Shown here piece by piece: positions 29,503-38,856 of a stretch of 64,000 bases of DNA (the stretch's first letter is position 1; each line of letters opens with the position of its first letter). A program made the translations under genes and the position numbers. Source of the stretch: a virus; the IMG/VR virus record IMGVR_UViG_3300050343_000117, positions 1 through 64,000 of that record; one strand, 5' to 3'. The notes beneath the pieces are model-generated. The model was not told the origin of the DNA and did not search any database. It was given only the letters and a program-made list of their open reading frames with translations.

Positions 29503-31989
29503 CCGAAGAAGTCCTCTAGTGATGCCTGTGGTTCTGCTGTCCAACCAACCGCGTCGAGAATCGGCTCTAGAGGATCTAGGAAAGTCTTCTCAAACATGAG
29601 ATCGTAATCTACAAACTGGTGCAGTCCTAACTCTTCCGGAAGATTGAGCGGATATGAAATCACGTTTTCTCCCAGACGATTAGGAACTTTTAGGTAGACA
29701 AACTTGATCTTCTCACCCGTCTTGACTGTCTCATACTGCATATCAAGTTTCTTTTGTTTGATCGCGTTGTTATAGCATAATGCGCCGCGCACATGTATGG
29801 GGGTACTCTTCTTGTAGATAGTCTTACGATCTTTCCACTTATCAAGATTAGACACCACGAGGAAACGAGACCTCTTCTGGCGGAAGGGATTTGAAGTGAG
29901 AACGGAAGTCACGGATATATCCTTGGGTGTCTACCTCAGTACCTTCTACGATGACGCGGAAGATCTCTTTCATCTTGTCACGAACCACCTGTGGAGTCGA
30001 AGATTTTATTGCCTCAATACCCATCATTTTTAGTTTGGGTTCCGAAAACTGTACTCCCTCCGAATTTATTACGTTACACAAGTACCTCTTCTTAGCCATC
30101 CAGATACCACGGTCAGCAATAATCTCTCGTTCCATCTCCATACGATTTTCATATGCACCAGTCACCTTAGCCATATCCGCATAAGATGTTTTCAAAACTT
30201 TCTCGAAGTGTTCTGCGCAAATCTTGTCTAGGAACTTTACTGGATTGTTAGGAGCAAACTTGTCAATAAGGCCCCCCATCCTAATATAAACAGAGTCCGT
30301 ATCAATGGCCACCACATAGTCTTCTTCAGTTTCAAGTATTTTTTGCATTTCATTATTAACGGCCCTCTCTGCCCACTTAATTGCAAGTTGTCCCGCAAGG
30401 GTAATAGATTCTGCGACACGTTGATCGAAGTATCTAAACCAGCGATTACCCAGCGCACCATAGAGTGAGTTCATCAAGATTTTAATTGCCATCTGCTGGT
30501 TATCCAAAGATGAAATCTTATATGCCAGACCATTGGTCGGAGTGTCTTGATATTGTTGCTGCAACTTTAACATCTGGTTTTTGATGATCTTACGTTCAGC
30601 ATAGTATTGTTTAATTACTGTAGGAATAACTCCCTCACGGTCATGAGAGAATCTGACACCTGTAGGGGCAATAGAATGACAGAGTTTAGAATAATCAAAG
30701 TCGTCAGTATACATAGTACCGTCTAGTATTTTATCTACAGACATATTAGGCACAATACCATCCAGAACAGTCTCAGGCGACATGTTGTATTGCACAATGA
30801 TATTCGGATAAAGTGATGCAAGGTCGAATGACGTAACCCAATCATGAGAACCTACCTGTGGTTCTTTAACATAACCGCCGGGATATGATGTTTTGGGTTT
30901 GTCTTTCTTGGGAGGCACTACGATGTTCTGTTTGTTCAACATGCGATAAATGATCGAGTCCCAGATATTCGTGGTACCCAAGGTATCCCCGTAGTTAACC
31001 CCACCGCGATATGCCATGGTTAGTACCAGAGAAATAAGATCTAGTTTCTCATCGATTCTATGGACTAACTCCACGTCCTTCACGTTATAGTCAATAAACT
31101 TCTGATAGTCCTCTTTGTACAGAGTGTGCAGATTGCCGTGTTCCGCATAAGAGAGTTTACGTTCTTCCAACACCACATAGGCAATATGATCTAGTCGATA
31201 GGATTCTTGCCGACCCAAGGTATTCAGGGTAAACTTTTGAAACACCTCAAGGTAATCTAGATGTTCGACACCCTCAATGATGTATTCTTGATTAGGGCGA
31301 CCATTGATAGTCACGTTGCGTTCGCGGACCGCACCCCAAGGTGAGAGACGTTTTAGTAACGTGTCGTCACCAAACAGTTTGACACAGCGATTAATGATGT
31401 ATGGGATATCAAAGAATCGCGTGTTCCATCCAGTAATGACATCGGGAGCATAATGTTGGAAGTGATCTACAAACTTTCGGATTAGGTCAATCTCATTATC
31501 ACACTTGATAAACAGAACGTCCTCACGCGTGGGCGTATAATCATTAAGACCCCAGACCCAGTAGTTGCCGTCATTCTTGCGAATCGCAATTGAGATGATA
31601 GGATGTGCCGCATCTTTTGGTTCGGGGAATCCCGCATCGGATGCAACCTCAATATCGATATTGAGAACGCGAACTAGTTCACGGTCGAACGATATATTGT
31701 CTGGAAACTCTTGAGCAAGATACTGTGCGCAATAGTTGTTGTTTCCATATACTTCAAAGTTAGATACGTCTGCATATCGTTTCAAGAAGTCTGTCGCATC
31801 GGACATAGAATCCATCTGGCACTCTACGACGGACTGGCCATCTAGAGTTTTCCAATCGGACGGAGTGTCGCCTGCGATATAAAGGTTGGGTTTGAATTGA
31901 ATACGTTTCTTGACTTGCTGTCCGTTCACGTATCCACGATAAAGTATGTTGCTGCCCATGCGCAGCACGTTGGTATAAAATTTTGTCAT
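29499..31989 (-). CDS. 43: Family B DNA polymerase gp43 (frameshift near 29850)
   Basis: DIEV exonuclease, [41 protein letters not shown] junction. Confidence 0.95.
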
Positions 31990-31995
31990 GCAGCC

Positions 31996-32024
31996 ATTAT
32001 ACAGAATTCAGGGGGGTGTGTCAA
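31996..32024 (-). promoter_or_regulatory. Sigma70-type promoter of gp43 (near-leaderless)
   Basis: TTGACA-17nt-TATAAT ending 6 nt before the ATG. Confidence 0.75.
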
Positions 32025-32821
32025 TCAATTACCTTAAAAAAATTGTGTCGAGTCCACGGTTGTTCTTGCTTCTTATCTGAGTACCCATGATGGTCCTGAG
32101 TTACCGCAAGACGTTTTGAAATCACCTGAGTAGTTGGCGTAGGTATCCCAGTGCGATGTCTGTCTCTCTTATTGAAGTAAATCCCAATGTCACGACCAAC
32201 ACCTATTGTATCACATTCGTTCCAAGGATGCAAGGCGGTATTACGAATTCCATAATAATTAATATCTGGGCGATGTAGATAGGTTGTGGTATATGTTCTG
32301 AAAAGACGTTGTAGAACACAGTAAGGTCCACAGTTAATCGGGAAATTGTTCTGAGTCATCATATGGTGGGACCAGTGTGCGAAACTCCTGTCCATGCAGT
32401 ACATGCCCATGAACAGTCCTATATTCGCGTAGAGCGTGTTCTCTGCGTACTCAGATAGTAGTTTGAATGATTCGTATCTCTCTTCGAGTAACCAAGTGTC
32501 ATGCTCCATAATCCAGAACTTTTCGTCTGACTGACCTTGTTGTCGCATGAGTTCCCAGTGAGAACACATCCCTGCCTTCTCTGTAGGTGAGTGGTCTTCC
32601 TTTCCATTTCCTGAATTTAGGTCTAGAGTCATGAGACTTTTGGACCATGTGTAACTATCTACATGCTCTTCAAAATTTTCGGAATCTGGTGTGATGGCAT
32701 CGAAGGTTTCTATGGAGTCAATGTAACCATCATCGATAGCACGTTGAAAGGAATATCGGGAGAGTGATGCGTACTCTTCTGATCGTTCATCACCTTTCAT
32801 TACAATCTGTATCGCTTTCAT
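32021..32821 (-). CDS. GT25-like glycosyltransferase
   Basis: ETFDAITP, EKAGMCSHWELM, WIMEHD. Confidence 0.55.
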   Translation of the reverse strand: MKAIQIVMKGDERSEEYASLSRYSFQRAIDDGYIDSIETFDAITPDSENFEEHVDSYTWSKSLMTLDLNSGNGKEDHSPTEKAGMCSHWELMRQQGQSDEKFWIMEHDTWLLEERYESFKLLSEYAENTLYANIGLFMGMYCMDRSFAHWSHHMMTQNNFPINCGPYCVLQRLFRTYTTTYLHRPDINYYGIRNTALHPWNECDTIGVGRDIGIYFNKRDRHRTGIPTPTTQVISKRLAVTQDHHGYSDKKQEQPWTRHNFFKVID

Positions 32822-33534
32822 TCTACGGGTAACCTGTCCTGTGATTGATGATCATTATGTGTTTTGGGAACATGTTCTCTATGAATATACTCCCAAGCAA
32901 TACTATAACGGTATCGATCGCTTCTGTTTCTATAACATCCATGCACTAAGTTAGGATGAAAAAACACTGCAAATGGTCGATCTAGTTCCACATCTACTAT
33001 ATCAAAATCTTCTTCGTCAACCCTCATCCAATTGAACACACCATGTGTCCGATGATTATGTTCATAATATTTGGTATGAGATTTAGGTACCACTCTGAGA
33101 CAACCATTCTCTTTATCAGCACCGTTAACAAAAACATCACAACTAACCAGACGGTTTGGATCAGCTTCAATATAATGATTGTCTTGATGCCATCCTACAG
33201 AAAACCCCTCATGGGGTACCATAGGGAAAAACTTTGAGATGTAAGTATCTATGTCTTCTTGATCTAATAAGAAACGAGCAGTGTCCACGAGCCTTTCGTT
33301 GTGTCCCAACTCGCCAAATACTTCACTGCGCATCATAGCCCCATCTAACTTACAGGGATTTCCTCTTTTGTTTATAACCCACCCGTTGCGATTATCGAAA
33401 AGTCTAACGGCATACTTTCGATACTTATCACACTCATCATTAAGTATTTGATGCTCATGAACTGTTAGGAAATCAGTAATGATCACGTAACCTAGTTCAT
33501 CAAATTTTGTTATATCGTAGTTCATAGAAACCAA
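32818..33534 (-). CDS. Phytanoyl-CoA dioxygenase-family (PhyH) 2OG-Fe(II) oxygenase
   Basis: FDELGYVII, WHQD, ENGCLRVVPKSH, FHPNLVHG, NRSDRYR. Confidence 0.85.
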   Translation of the reverse strand: MVSMNYDITKFDELGYVIITDFLTVHEHQILNDECDKYRKYAVRLFDNRNGWVINKRGNPCKLDGAMMRSEVFGELGHNERLVDTARFLLDQEDIDTYISKFFPMVPHEGFSVGWHQDNHYIEADPNRLVSCDVFVNGADKENGCLRVVPKSHTKYYEHNHRTHGVFNWMRVDEEDFDIVDVELDRPFAVFFHPNLVHGCYRNRSDRYRYSIAWEYIHREHVPKTHNDHQSQDRLPVE

Positions 33535-33558
33535 AAAAAAGGGAGACCAATGTCTCCC
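33533..33558 (-). terminator. Intrinsic terminator after hsp20
   Basis: GGGAGAC-attg-GTCTCCC followed by T8. Confidence 0.8.
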
Positions 33559-33565
33559 TATTTAT

Positions 33566-33688
33566 TTACATAATAGATGTTATACAAAATAACATCGTAG
33601 TCATACATAGTAGATTGATACTTATGAGACCAAATTTTTCTAGGTCTTCAGAATCACGTCTAGCCATGTAGTCCTTTATCTGCTGCAT
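33566..33688 (-). CDS. 40-aa membrane peptide overlapping the hsp20 3' end
   Basis: GAGGAG RBS; MQQIKDYMARRDSEDLEKFGLISINLLCMTTMLFCITSIM. Confidence 0.45.
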   Translation of the reverse strand: MQQIKDYMARRDSEDLEKFGLISINLLCMTTMLFCITSIM

Positions 33689-34142
33689 CTAAACTCTCCT
33701 CGTTTAAAAGTTGTGGTTCAAGTGTGTTTAAACCGTTAATTTCAACCTTACGAGGCCGCTGAGAATCAGGGATTATTACCTCCAGACGGATGGCAAGTAG
33801 CCCGTTCCTGAAATCAGCTCCCATTACTTCAACATACTCCGACATGCGGAATTGTCTTTCGAACTTCTTCGTTGAGATTCCTTTATGGATGTAATCTCGA
33901 TCCGAATCTTTTATCTGTCCTCTAATGGTCAGTGTTCGGTTCTTTACTTCGATTTCGAGTTCGTCTTCGGCGAAACCGGCGACGGCTAACTCGATTAGGT
34001 ATTGATCCTCTCCCGTCTTTAGAATATTGTGCGGGGGGAACGTATCACCAGAGTTGCGTGAGATTCGATCTAATTCATCGATCATGGTATCAAAACCAAC
34101 GAATGCTGAACGTGGGAACAATTGCTTTGCTGTTAATGTCAT
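33660..34142 (-). CDS. hsp20: Small heat-shock protein Hsp20 (IbpA-like)
   Basis: FVGFD, FPPHNI, IELAVAGF, YIHKGIS, ADFRNGLL. Confidence 0.92.
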   Translation of the reverse strand: MTLTAKQLFPRSAFVGFDTMIDELDRISRNSGDTFPPHNILKTGEDQYLIELAVAGFAEDELEIEVKNRTLTIRGQIKDSDRDYIHKGISTKKFERQFRMSEYVEVMGADFRNGLLAIRLEVIIPDSQRPRKVEINGLNTLEPQLLNEESLDAADKGLHG

Positions 34143-34203
34143 GTTGTGACTCCTAATTATATTAGCAAGTTTATTATGGATACCCGACCATTCGGCATAT
34201 CCG
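34143..34203 (-). promoter_or_regulatory. ROSE-like RNA thermometer in hsp20 leader
   Basis: Hairpin 1 GGAUAUGCCGA/UCGGGUAUCC; hairpin 2 CUUGCUAAU pairs with AUUAGGAG (the SD) with a bulged G. Confidence 0.65.
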
Positions 34204-34248
34204 GTACTATATATACAAACTATGAGAATAAAAGTAACAAAAGTGTTA

Positions 34249-34491
34249 CTATTCTAAATTATCTTCGTCATCAATATTAATTATAGGCAACGAAGCATCA
34301 ACCAACACAACCTTCTCATTTTCAATCATGTCGATTATTTCTAACGTAACATTTATGTCCATCTGAATATAGGACATTTTTCTCTCGCACATTTCGAGAT
34401 GCTTACGATAAAATTCTAATTCTTGTTCTTTTTCTACTTTTCTTGCACTTATATTGGCAAGAGAAATTATATTGTTCTTTTTGCCAGACAT
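34249..34491 (-). CDS. Coiled-coil hypothetical protein
   Basis: RKVEKEQELEFYRKHL...TLEIIDMIENE. Confidence 0.55.
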   Translation of the reverse strand: MSGKKNNIISLANISARKVEKEQELEFYRKHLEMCERKMSYIQMDINVTLEIIDMIENEKVVLVDASLPIINIDDEDNLE

Positions 34492-34500
34492 ACTTCGTCC

Positions 34501-35043
34501 TTAATAGTACATTGATGGGTCCGGAATTCCTTCTATTCCAAATGAAAAGGATACACGAGATTCTCTAGGGAATACTTGGTGATGAGTTGAACGAGGTAAG
34601 TAAACATACATACCCGGCTCAAAGTCAAACGGTTCATTATCGTTTATGCCTTCCACCTTTAGACCGACAGTACTAATAACCTGAACTAAGAACACATCCA
34701 TAGCATCTTTGTGCCATGGATAAGAACCACTTGCACGACCAAAACCACTAAACGCAATGTTAGTGATTTTGTTCTGGTGCAGCGTGAACACATCTTGTAA
34801 CTCTGTATAGATGTTCTTCGCAAACTCTGGTGAACTACCACGAGTATGGAAGTTGTTCAAACCTATACGCATCTTATCTGAGTTTCTGTCGTATAGGTCA
34901 TTTGGATGCGAGTCCATCATTTGCATGAACTCGTTCCAATTGTAAGTCTCTTTCATATCAAACGGAAGTTTGCCTACGAACGGAGTCTTGGTGCGAATAT
35001 TCTCTTCGCGATCTTCAAATATATCATAACAAGTATTTGACAT
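34501..35043 (-). CDS. JmjC/cupin-like oxygenase
   Basis: PWHKDAMDVFLVQV...PGMYVYLPRSTHHQV...RVSFSF. Confidence 0.7.
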   Translation of the reverse strand: MSNTCYDIFEDREENIRTKTPFVGKLPFDMKETYNWNEFMQMMDSHPNDLYDRNSDKMRIGLNNFHTRGSSPEFAKNIYTELQDVFTLHQNKITNIAFSGFGRASGSYPWHKDAMDVFLVQVISTVGLKVEGINDNEPFDFEPGMYVYLPRSTHHQVFPRESRVSFSFGIEGIPDPSMYY

Positions 35044-35453
35044 CAGCTATTCCCAATGTTATATTTTGGTTGCAGTGTCCATTCAGACTTGTCCTTATAT
35101 GAGATTATCTTTATCTGTCTCATAGGAGCACAGTCACGAGCAACCTCTTTATTGACTATTGCGACTAGGCCCCAATCTTGCAATAGTGTTGCGATCGTAT
35201 TGCGTCTTTCAATATCAGACACTTCTAGATTTGATTTTTTGCCGTCCAGTAAAAACAACTCCTTGAAATGGACGATGAAGTACCTACCCTGCTTATGCAA
35301 GATATGGCACGATTGATATAAGGTGTTGTCTCTACGCGAAGCAACCCCTATACGCGTTAATGTTTCTCTGACTTTTAGGAAGTCATCTGGTTCTGATAGA
35401 CTGATTTCCAACATCATATCAGAATTCCACTGAACGAGATTATTCTCTTCCAC
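35043..35453 (-). CDS. regA: Translational repressor RegA
   Basis: PDDFLKVRETLTRIGVAS, LYQSCHILHKQGRYFIVHFKELF. Confidence 0.95.
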   Translation of the reverse strand: MEENNLVQWNSDMMLEISLSEPDDFLKVRETLTRIGVASRRDNTLYQSCHILHKQGRYFIVHFKELFLLDGKKSNLEVSDIERRNTIATLLQDWGLVAIVNKEVARDCAPMRQIKIISYKDKSEWTLQPKYNIGNS

Positions 35454-35820
35454 CTTTGGTAACCTTTTGTTTGATAGTTTTTATTTGTGATTCCGTTAAG
35501 AGCCCTATGACTTGCTTTGCCTTCTGTTCACTGTAACCAAAATATTCCTTGATACATTCCATGTCAGCCCTTTCATCAGGTTTATCCCATTTAGAGAATC
35601 GTTTCTTTTTCCTTACAATATTTATAAGAAAGTCGTACTGCATCTTACCATCTAAGTGATGTAATCTATTCATTTCGTTGGACAAAAAAACCGTGTCCGG
35701 AAAGTATGACAGAGATCTATTAACTAGGAAACCATTGTATTTTTTTACGCACTCCGGATCTTTATCTACCAAGTTAATTTTAGAGGTGTTGATACTATTT
35801 AGGAAGTCAAATGGACTCAC
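35440..35820 (-). CDS. 62: Clamp loader small subunit gp62
   Basis: FLVNRSLSYFPD, QYDFLIN, RKKKRFSKW; synteny. Confidence 0.9.
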   Translation of the reverse strand: MSPFDFLNSINTSKINLVDKDPECVKKYNGFLVNRSLSYFPDTVFLSNEMNRLHHLDGKMQYDFLINIVRKKKRFSKWDKPDERADMECIKEYFGYSEQKAKQVIGLLTESQIKTIKQKVTKGGRE

Positions 35821-36761
35821 GCTTTAATCTCCACGTTCGCCATAACTTCGGTCATACATGCGACTAGATTCAGTTCGTGGTCAGCAACAAACGCATTCTT
35901 GTACTGGTAATCCGCGAGGATAAGAACCAACTGGGGAATACTGTTTGGTGCGACGTGGTCATACATTTTATCATAAATGCTACGGAAGATTGACGCCGGA
36001 TCAACGTCTATATTATTGACTACCCACGTCCTCATCTTCTTGAAGTTCTTGTCACGAATCGCACTGAATAGCTGGGTGTAAGTATCTGAGATATCCGCAC
36101 TCACGCTATTAGGGACATTGAGCGTTCCAGAGATTGATCCTCTCTGACACTCATTCAGTACGCGTCTCCAATCTGGTGCATGTTTCATGATGACGTTTGC
36201 CACCACGTTGTTATCGTACTCCACACCCTCCTCTTGCAAGATTCCTTGGAGACGCTGCATGAACCCACCACATAGCGAGGTCATAGTTTTCTTGTTGAAA
36301 TTGAAGGCGTACTTTGAACACCTTGAGTGTAACGGTTCAATAATCTTGTTCTCAAAGTTACACGTCATAATGAAACGACAATTCTTCGAGAACTCTTCGA
36401 TGAACCCACGGAGAGCAGGTTGCGTCGATTGGGGGTTTAGATAATCTGCCTCATCTAGGATGACAACCTTGTAACCACCGGACAAAGACACGGACGATGC
36501 GAACTGTTTGATCTTACCTCGCAGTGTGTCGATGTTGCCTTCTTCCGACCCATTGATGACGATATAGTCTAGGTCTAGTTCCTCACATATCGCACGTGCG
36601 ACTGTGGTCTTACCAGTACCGGCCGTGCCGGTGAACATCATGTTGAGGATTTCACCACCATCCACAATGTTCTGAAATGTTTGTTTTAAATCTTCCGGAA
36701 GAATTGTTTCGGAAACTTTCTTCGGACGATACTTTTCAACCCATAAAAACTCATTGCTCAT
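35817..36761 (-). CDS. 44: Clamp loader large subunit gp44
   Basis: LWVEKYRP, GTAGTGKTT, ILDEADYL, PLHSRC. Confidence 0.95.
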   Translation of the reverse strand: MSNEFLWVEKYRPKKVSETILPEDLKQTFQNIVDGGEILNMMFTGTAGTGKTTVARAICEELDLDYIVINGSEEGNIDTLRGKIKQFASSVSLSGGYKVVILDEADYLNPQSTQPALRGFIEEFSKNCRFIMTCNFENKIIEPLHSRCSKYAFNFNKKTMTSLCGGFMQRLQGILQEEGVEYDNNVVANVIMKHAPDWRRVLNECQRGSISGTLNVPNSVSADISDTYTQLFSAIRDKNFKKMRTWVVNNIDVDPASIFRSIYDKMYDHVAPNSIPQLVLILADYQYKNAFVADHELNLVACMTEVMANVEIKA

Positions 36762-36875
36762 TACAACTCCATAATATAAATTAACTTTCAATAGGGGGAT
36801 ATTATACTACAAAATCCCCCCTCATGTAAACCATCTGTAGACAATTATTTATAATAAATAACGCCCCATTGATCA

Positions 36876-37457
36876 CTATTCAGCGTATCTATGGTTCACT
36901 TTGGCGTGACGCATTTCATCTTGTCGAACATATTTTATCATATCAGACAATCTTGCATCGGATAGTAGTCCGTAGTACTCAATCGCAATCTGTGGCGCAG
37001 GGACGTTCTCAATCTCACCTGACTCAATAAGTTCCAGATAAGTGGTATAACTACGTACTGCCTCATCTTCGAAGTATCCTGTCATACGATGCGCTGTCTT
37101 GGGAAACAACATGTATAGCACCAGATAGTAATGCCAGAAGATAAATTGTGCGATGATGATTATTATACGTTCTAGTATAGATGGATGGACCACTTCCATA
37201 AAGAACATTAGATGTTTTCTTTCGTTGGTTGCTTCGTCTAGAAGCTCTTGTATCTTATGGCCGTTCCCGCGTTCCAATCGACGAAGGCTCACTAGGTGGG
37301 TAAGCATTCCTCCGACCATGCCGGGAACCCCTGCAACTGTTTCTAAAACAAGTGCACGATGACCGTACCGTTGACCGAAGAATGTGTCCGCAAAAAAGCG
37401 AAAGAATGCAGTTTGAGATCTGGCTAAAGTGTCAGATATTTTAGTAGTAAATTTCAC
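36876..37457 (-). CDS. aox: Alternative (ubiquinol) oxidase
   Basis: LETVAGVPGMVGGM, EATNERKHL, YFEDEAVRSY, PAPQIAIEYY, RQDEMRH di-iron ligands; GTG start after GGAG. Confidence 0.93.
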   Translation of the reverse strand: MKFTTKISDTLARSQTAFFRFFADTFFGQRYGHRALVLETVAGVPGMVGGMLTHLVSLRRLERGNGHKIQELLDEATNERKHLMFFMEVVHPSILERIIIIIAQFIFWHYYLVLYMLFPKTAHRMTGYFEDEAVRSYTTYLELIESGEIENVPAPQIAIEYYGLLSDARLSDMIKYVRQDEMRHAKVNHRYAE

Positions 37458-37472
37458 AGTGCTCTCCAAGAA

Positions 37473-37548
37473 TGGAGCTCGGAACAGGAGTCGAACCTGC
37501 GACCTGCTGATTACAAGTCAGCTGCTCTACCAACTGAGCTATCCGAGC
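37473..37548 (-). tRNA. tRNA-Thr(TGT)
   Basis: Loop CT-TGT-AA, CCA. Confidence 0.95.
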
Positions 37549-37777
37549 GCATTCGTTTCTTACGTTTTTCTGTAAGTGTACGTACTATGTATATCCGCGT
37601 GAAGGCCACGACTGAAATACCTGCTGTAAGTGTTGTGGATAAAACTATAGGATCTGTATTTCCCCACTGGACAATCACCAACCAAGTGAAGAAAATATTT
37701 AGTGGGTAGTTTATTAAAGTTCCTAAAGAAACGTGTATAAGGGTTTCTCTCGCAACTTCTCTATCGTACCATTTCAT
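37511..37777 (-). CDS. Two-TM membrane hypothetical protein, 3' end overlaps tRNA-Thr
   Basis: ETLIHVSLGTLINYPLN...VVAFTRIYIVR. Confidence 0.55.
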   Translation of the reverse strand: MKWYDREVARETLIHVSLGTLINYPLNIFFTWLVIVQWGNTDPIVLSTTLTAGISVVAFTRIYIVRTLTEKRKKRMRSDSSVGRAADL

Positions 37778-37882
37778 AAGGGTCGGCCTTTTGAATCAAA
37801 TAATTCATTATATAGTGTTTAATCAGTTCGAATCGCATCTCAGGGTAAAGACATAATGATTCAAAAGACCGAAAAGGGGGAT

Positions 37883-38119
37883 TTACTTTTTCTTAGATTT
37901 AGAAGTCTCTGCGGCAGCTGCTACTTCTTCTTCAGCAAATGCTTTTGCTACCTTCTCATAAAGAGCCACAACCTGAATTGCTTGGTCGCGTAGCTGTCCA
38001 ATAGTAGTAAGTTCTTCACCTTTGAAACCACCACGAGTCACAACGGTATCTACAACCGCGACACAGGAACGTGATACGCGGTTAGAAAGGTCGTTTAAGT
38101 TTTTTTGATCTTCAGTCAT
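37883..38119 (-). CDS. Hypothetical protein
   Basis: VAVVDTVVTRGGFKGEELTTIGQLRD; GGAG RBS. Confidence 0.65.
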   Translation of the reverse strand: MTEDQKNLNDLSNRVSRSCVAVVDTVVTRGGFKGEELTTIGQLRDQAIQVVALYEKVAKAFAEEEVAAAAETSKSKKK

Positions 38120-38120
38120 G

Positions 38121-38798
38121 TTATGCTCCGTAAGTAGATGACTTTTCAAGCGCAATAAAGTATTGCGTGCTAGAATTAATGGATCTGAAGTGTGAGATCA
38201 ATTTAGTTGAAATAGAAACCTCATAATCTTCACCCAACAACTTCATGTTATTCACACCCATGATGAAGTTGAAATCAGCACCTTCAGGGAATTGACCTTC
38301 AACTAACACAGAGAATGAGTTAGACGTAGAATCTTCTGTATCCACAACCGTAACTTCAATAGAGTTTCCGGATGGACGAATCGAGATATTTTCATAACCG
38401 AGCGCAGATGATGCACGTTTGATCTTACTTAGGGTTTCATTAGTGAGTAAGAATTTGACTTCACACTCAGGCATGACGATATCTTTCTTAGGTGCAGAGA
38501 GCATCTCAGGGTCGGAGTAGAAGTATTTCACCGATGATAAACCACTGCCGTCAGATACGGTACAGAAGCTTTCACCAAAAGTAATTGATGGGCGATCTAC
38601 CAATGTCAATACTGACAAGAACTCAGAGAGGTCATAAATACCGAACGTATTCGGGAAGCTCTCATCGATCTCAGCACGGGAGACAATGTTTTTTGCAATA
38701 GACATAGTCTTGAGAACGTTGCCGCCATTGACTACGATGTTTGGGTTAATAGTCGAAAAGTTTCTCAAGATCTCGACCGTTCGGTTAGATAGTTCCAT
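38121..38798 (-). CDS. 45: Sliding clamp gp45
   Basis: LRNFSTINPNI, FGIYDLSEFL, YFIALE. Confidence 0.93.
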   Translation of the reverse strand: MELSNRTVEILRNFSTINPNIVVNGGNVLKTMSIAKNIVSRAEIDESFPNTFGIYDLSEFLSVLTLVDRPSITFGESFCTVSDGSGLSSVKYFYSDPEMLSAPKKDIVMPECEVKFLLTNETLSKIKRASSALGYENISIRPSGNSIEVTVVDTEDSTSNSFSVLVEGQFPEGADFNFIMGVNNMKLLGEDYEVSISTKLISHFRSINSSTQYFIALEKSSTYGA

Positions 38799-38827
38799 TG
38801 ATTGATTCCTCAGTTAATATGTTACAC

Positions 38828-38856
38828 ATTATATAATATTTTGACGCGTCTGTCAA
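38828..38856 (-). promoter_or_regulatory. Sigma70-type promoter of gp45
   Basis: TTGACA-17nt-TATAAT. Confidence 0.8.

Noticed and set aside
29499-31989. Naturally split, intron- or intein-containing DNA polymerase
   Set aside because: The two frames join seamlessly (FPRGV/SNLDK) with no inserted sequence or RBS
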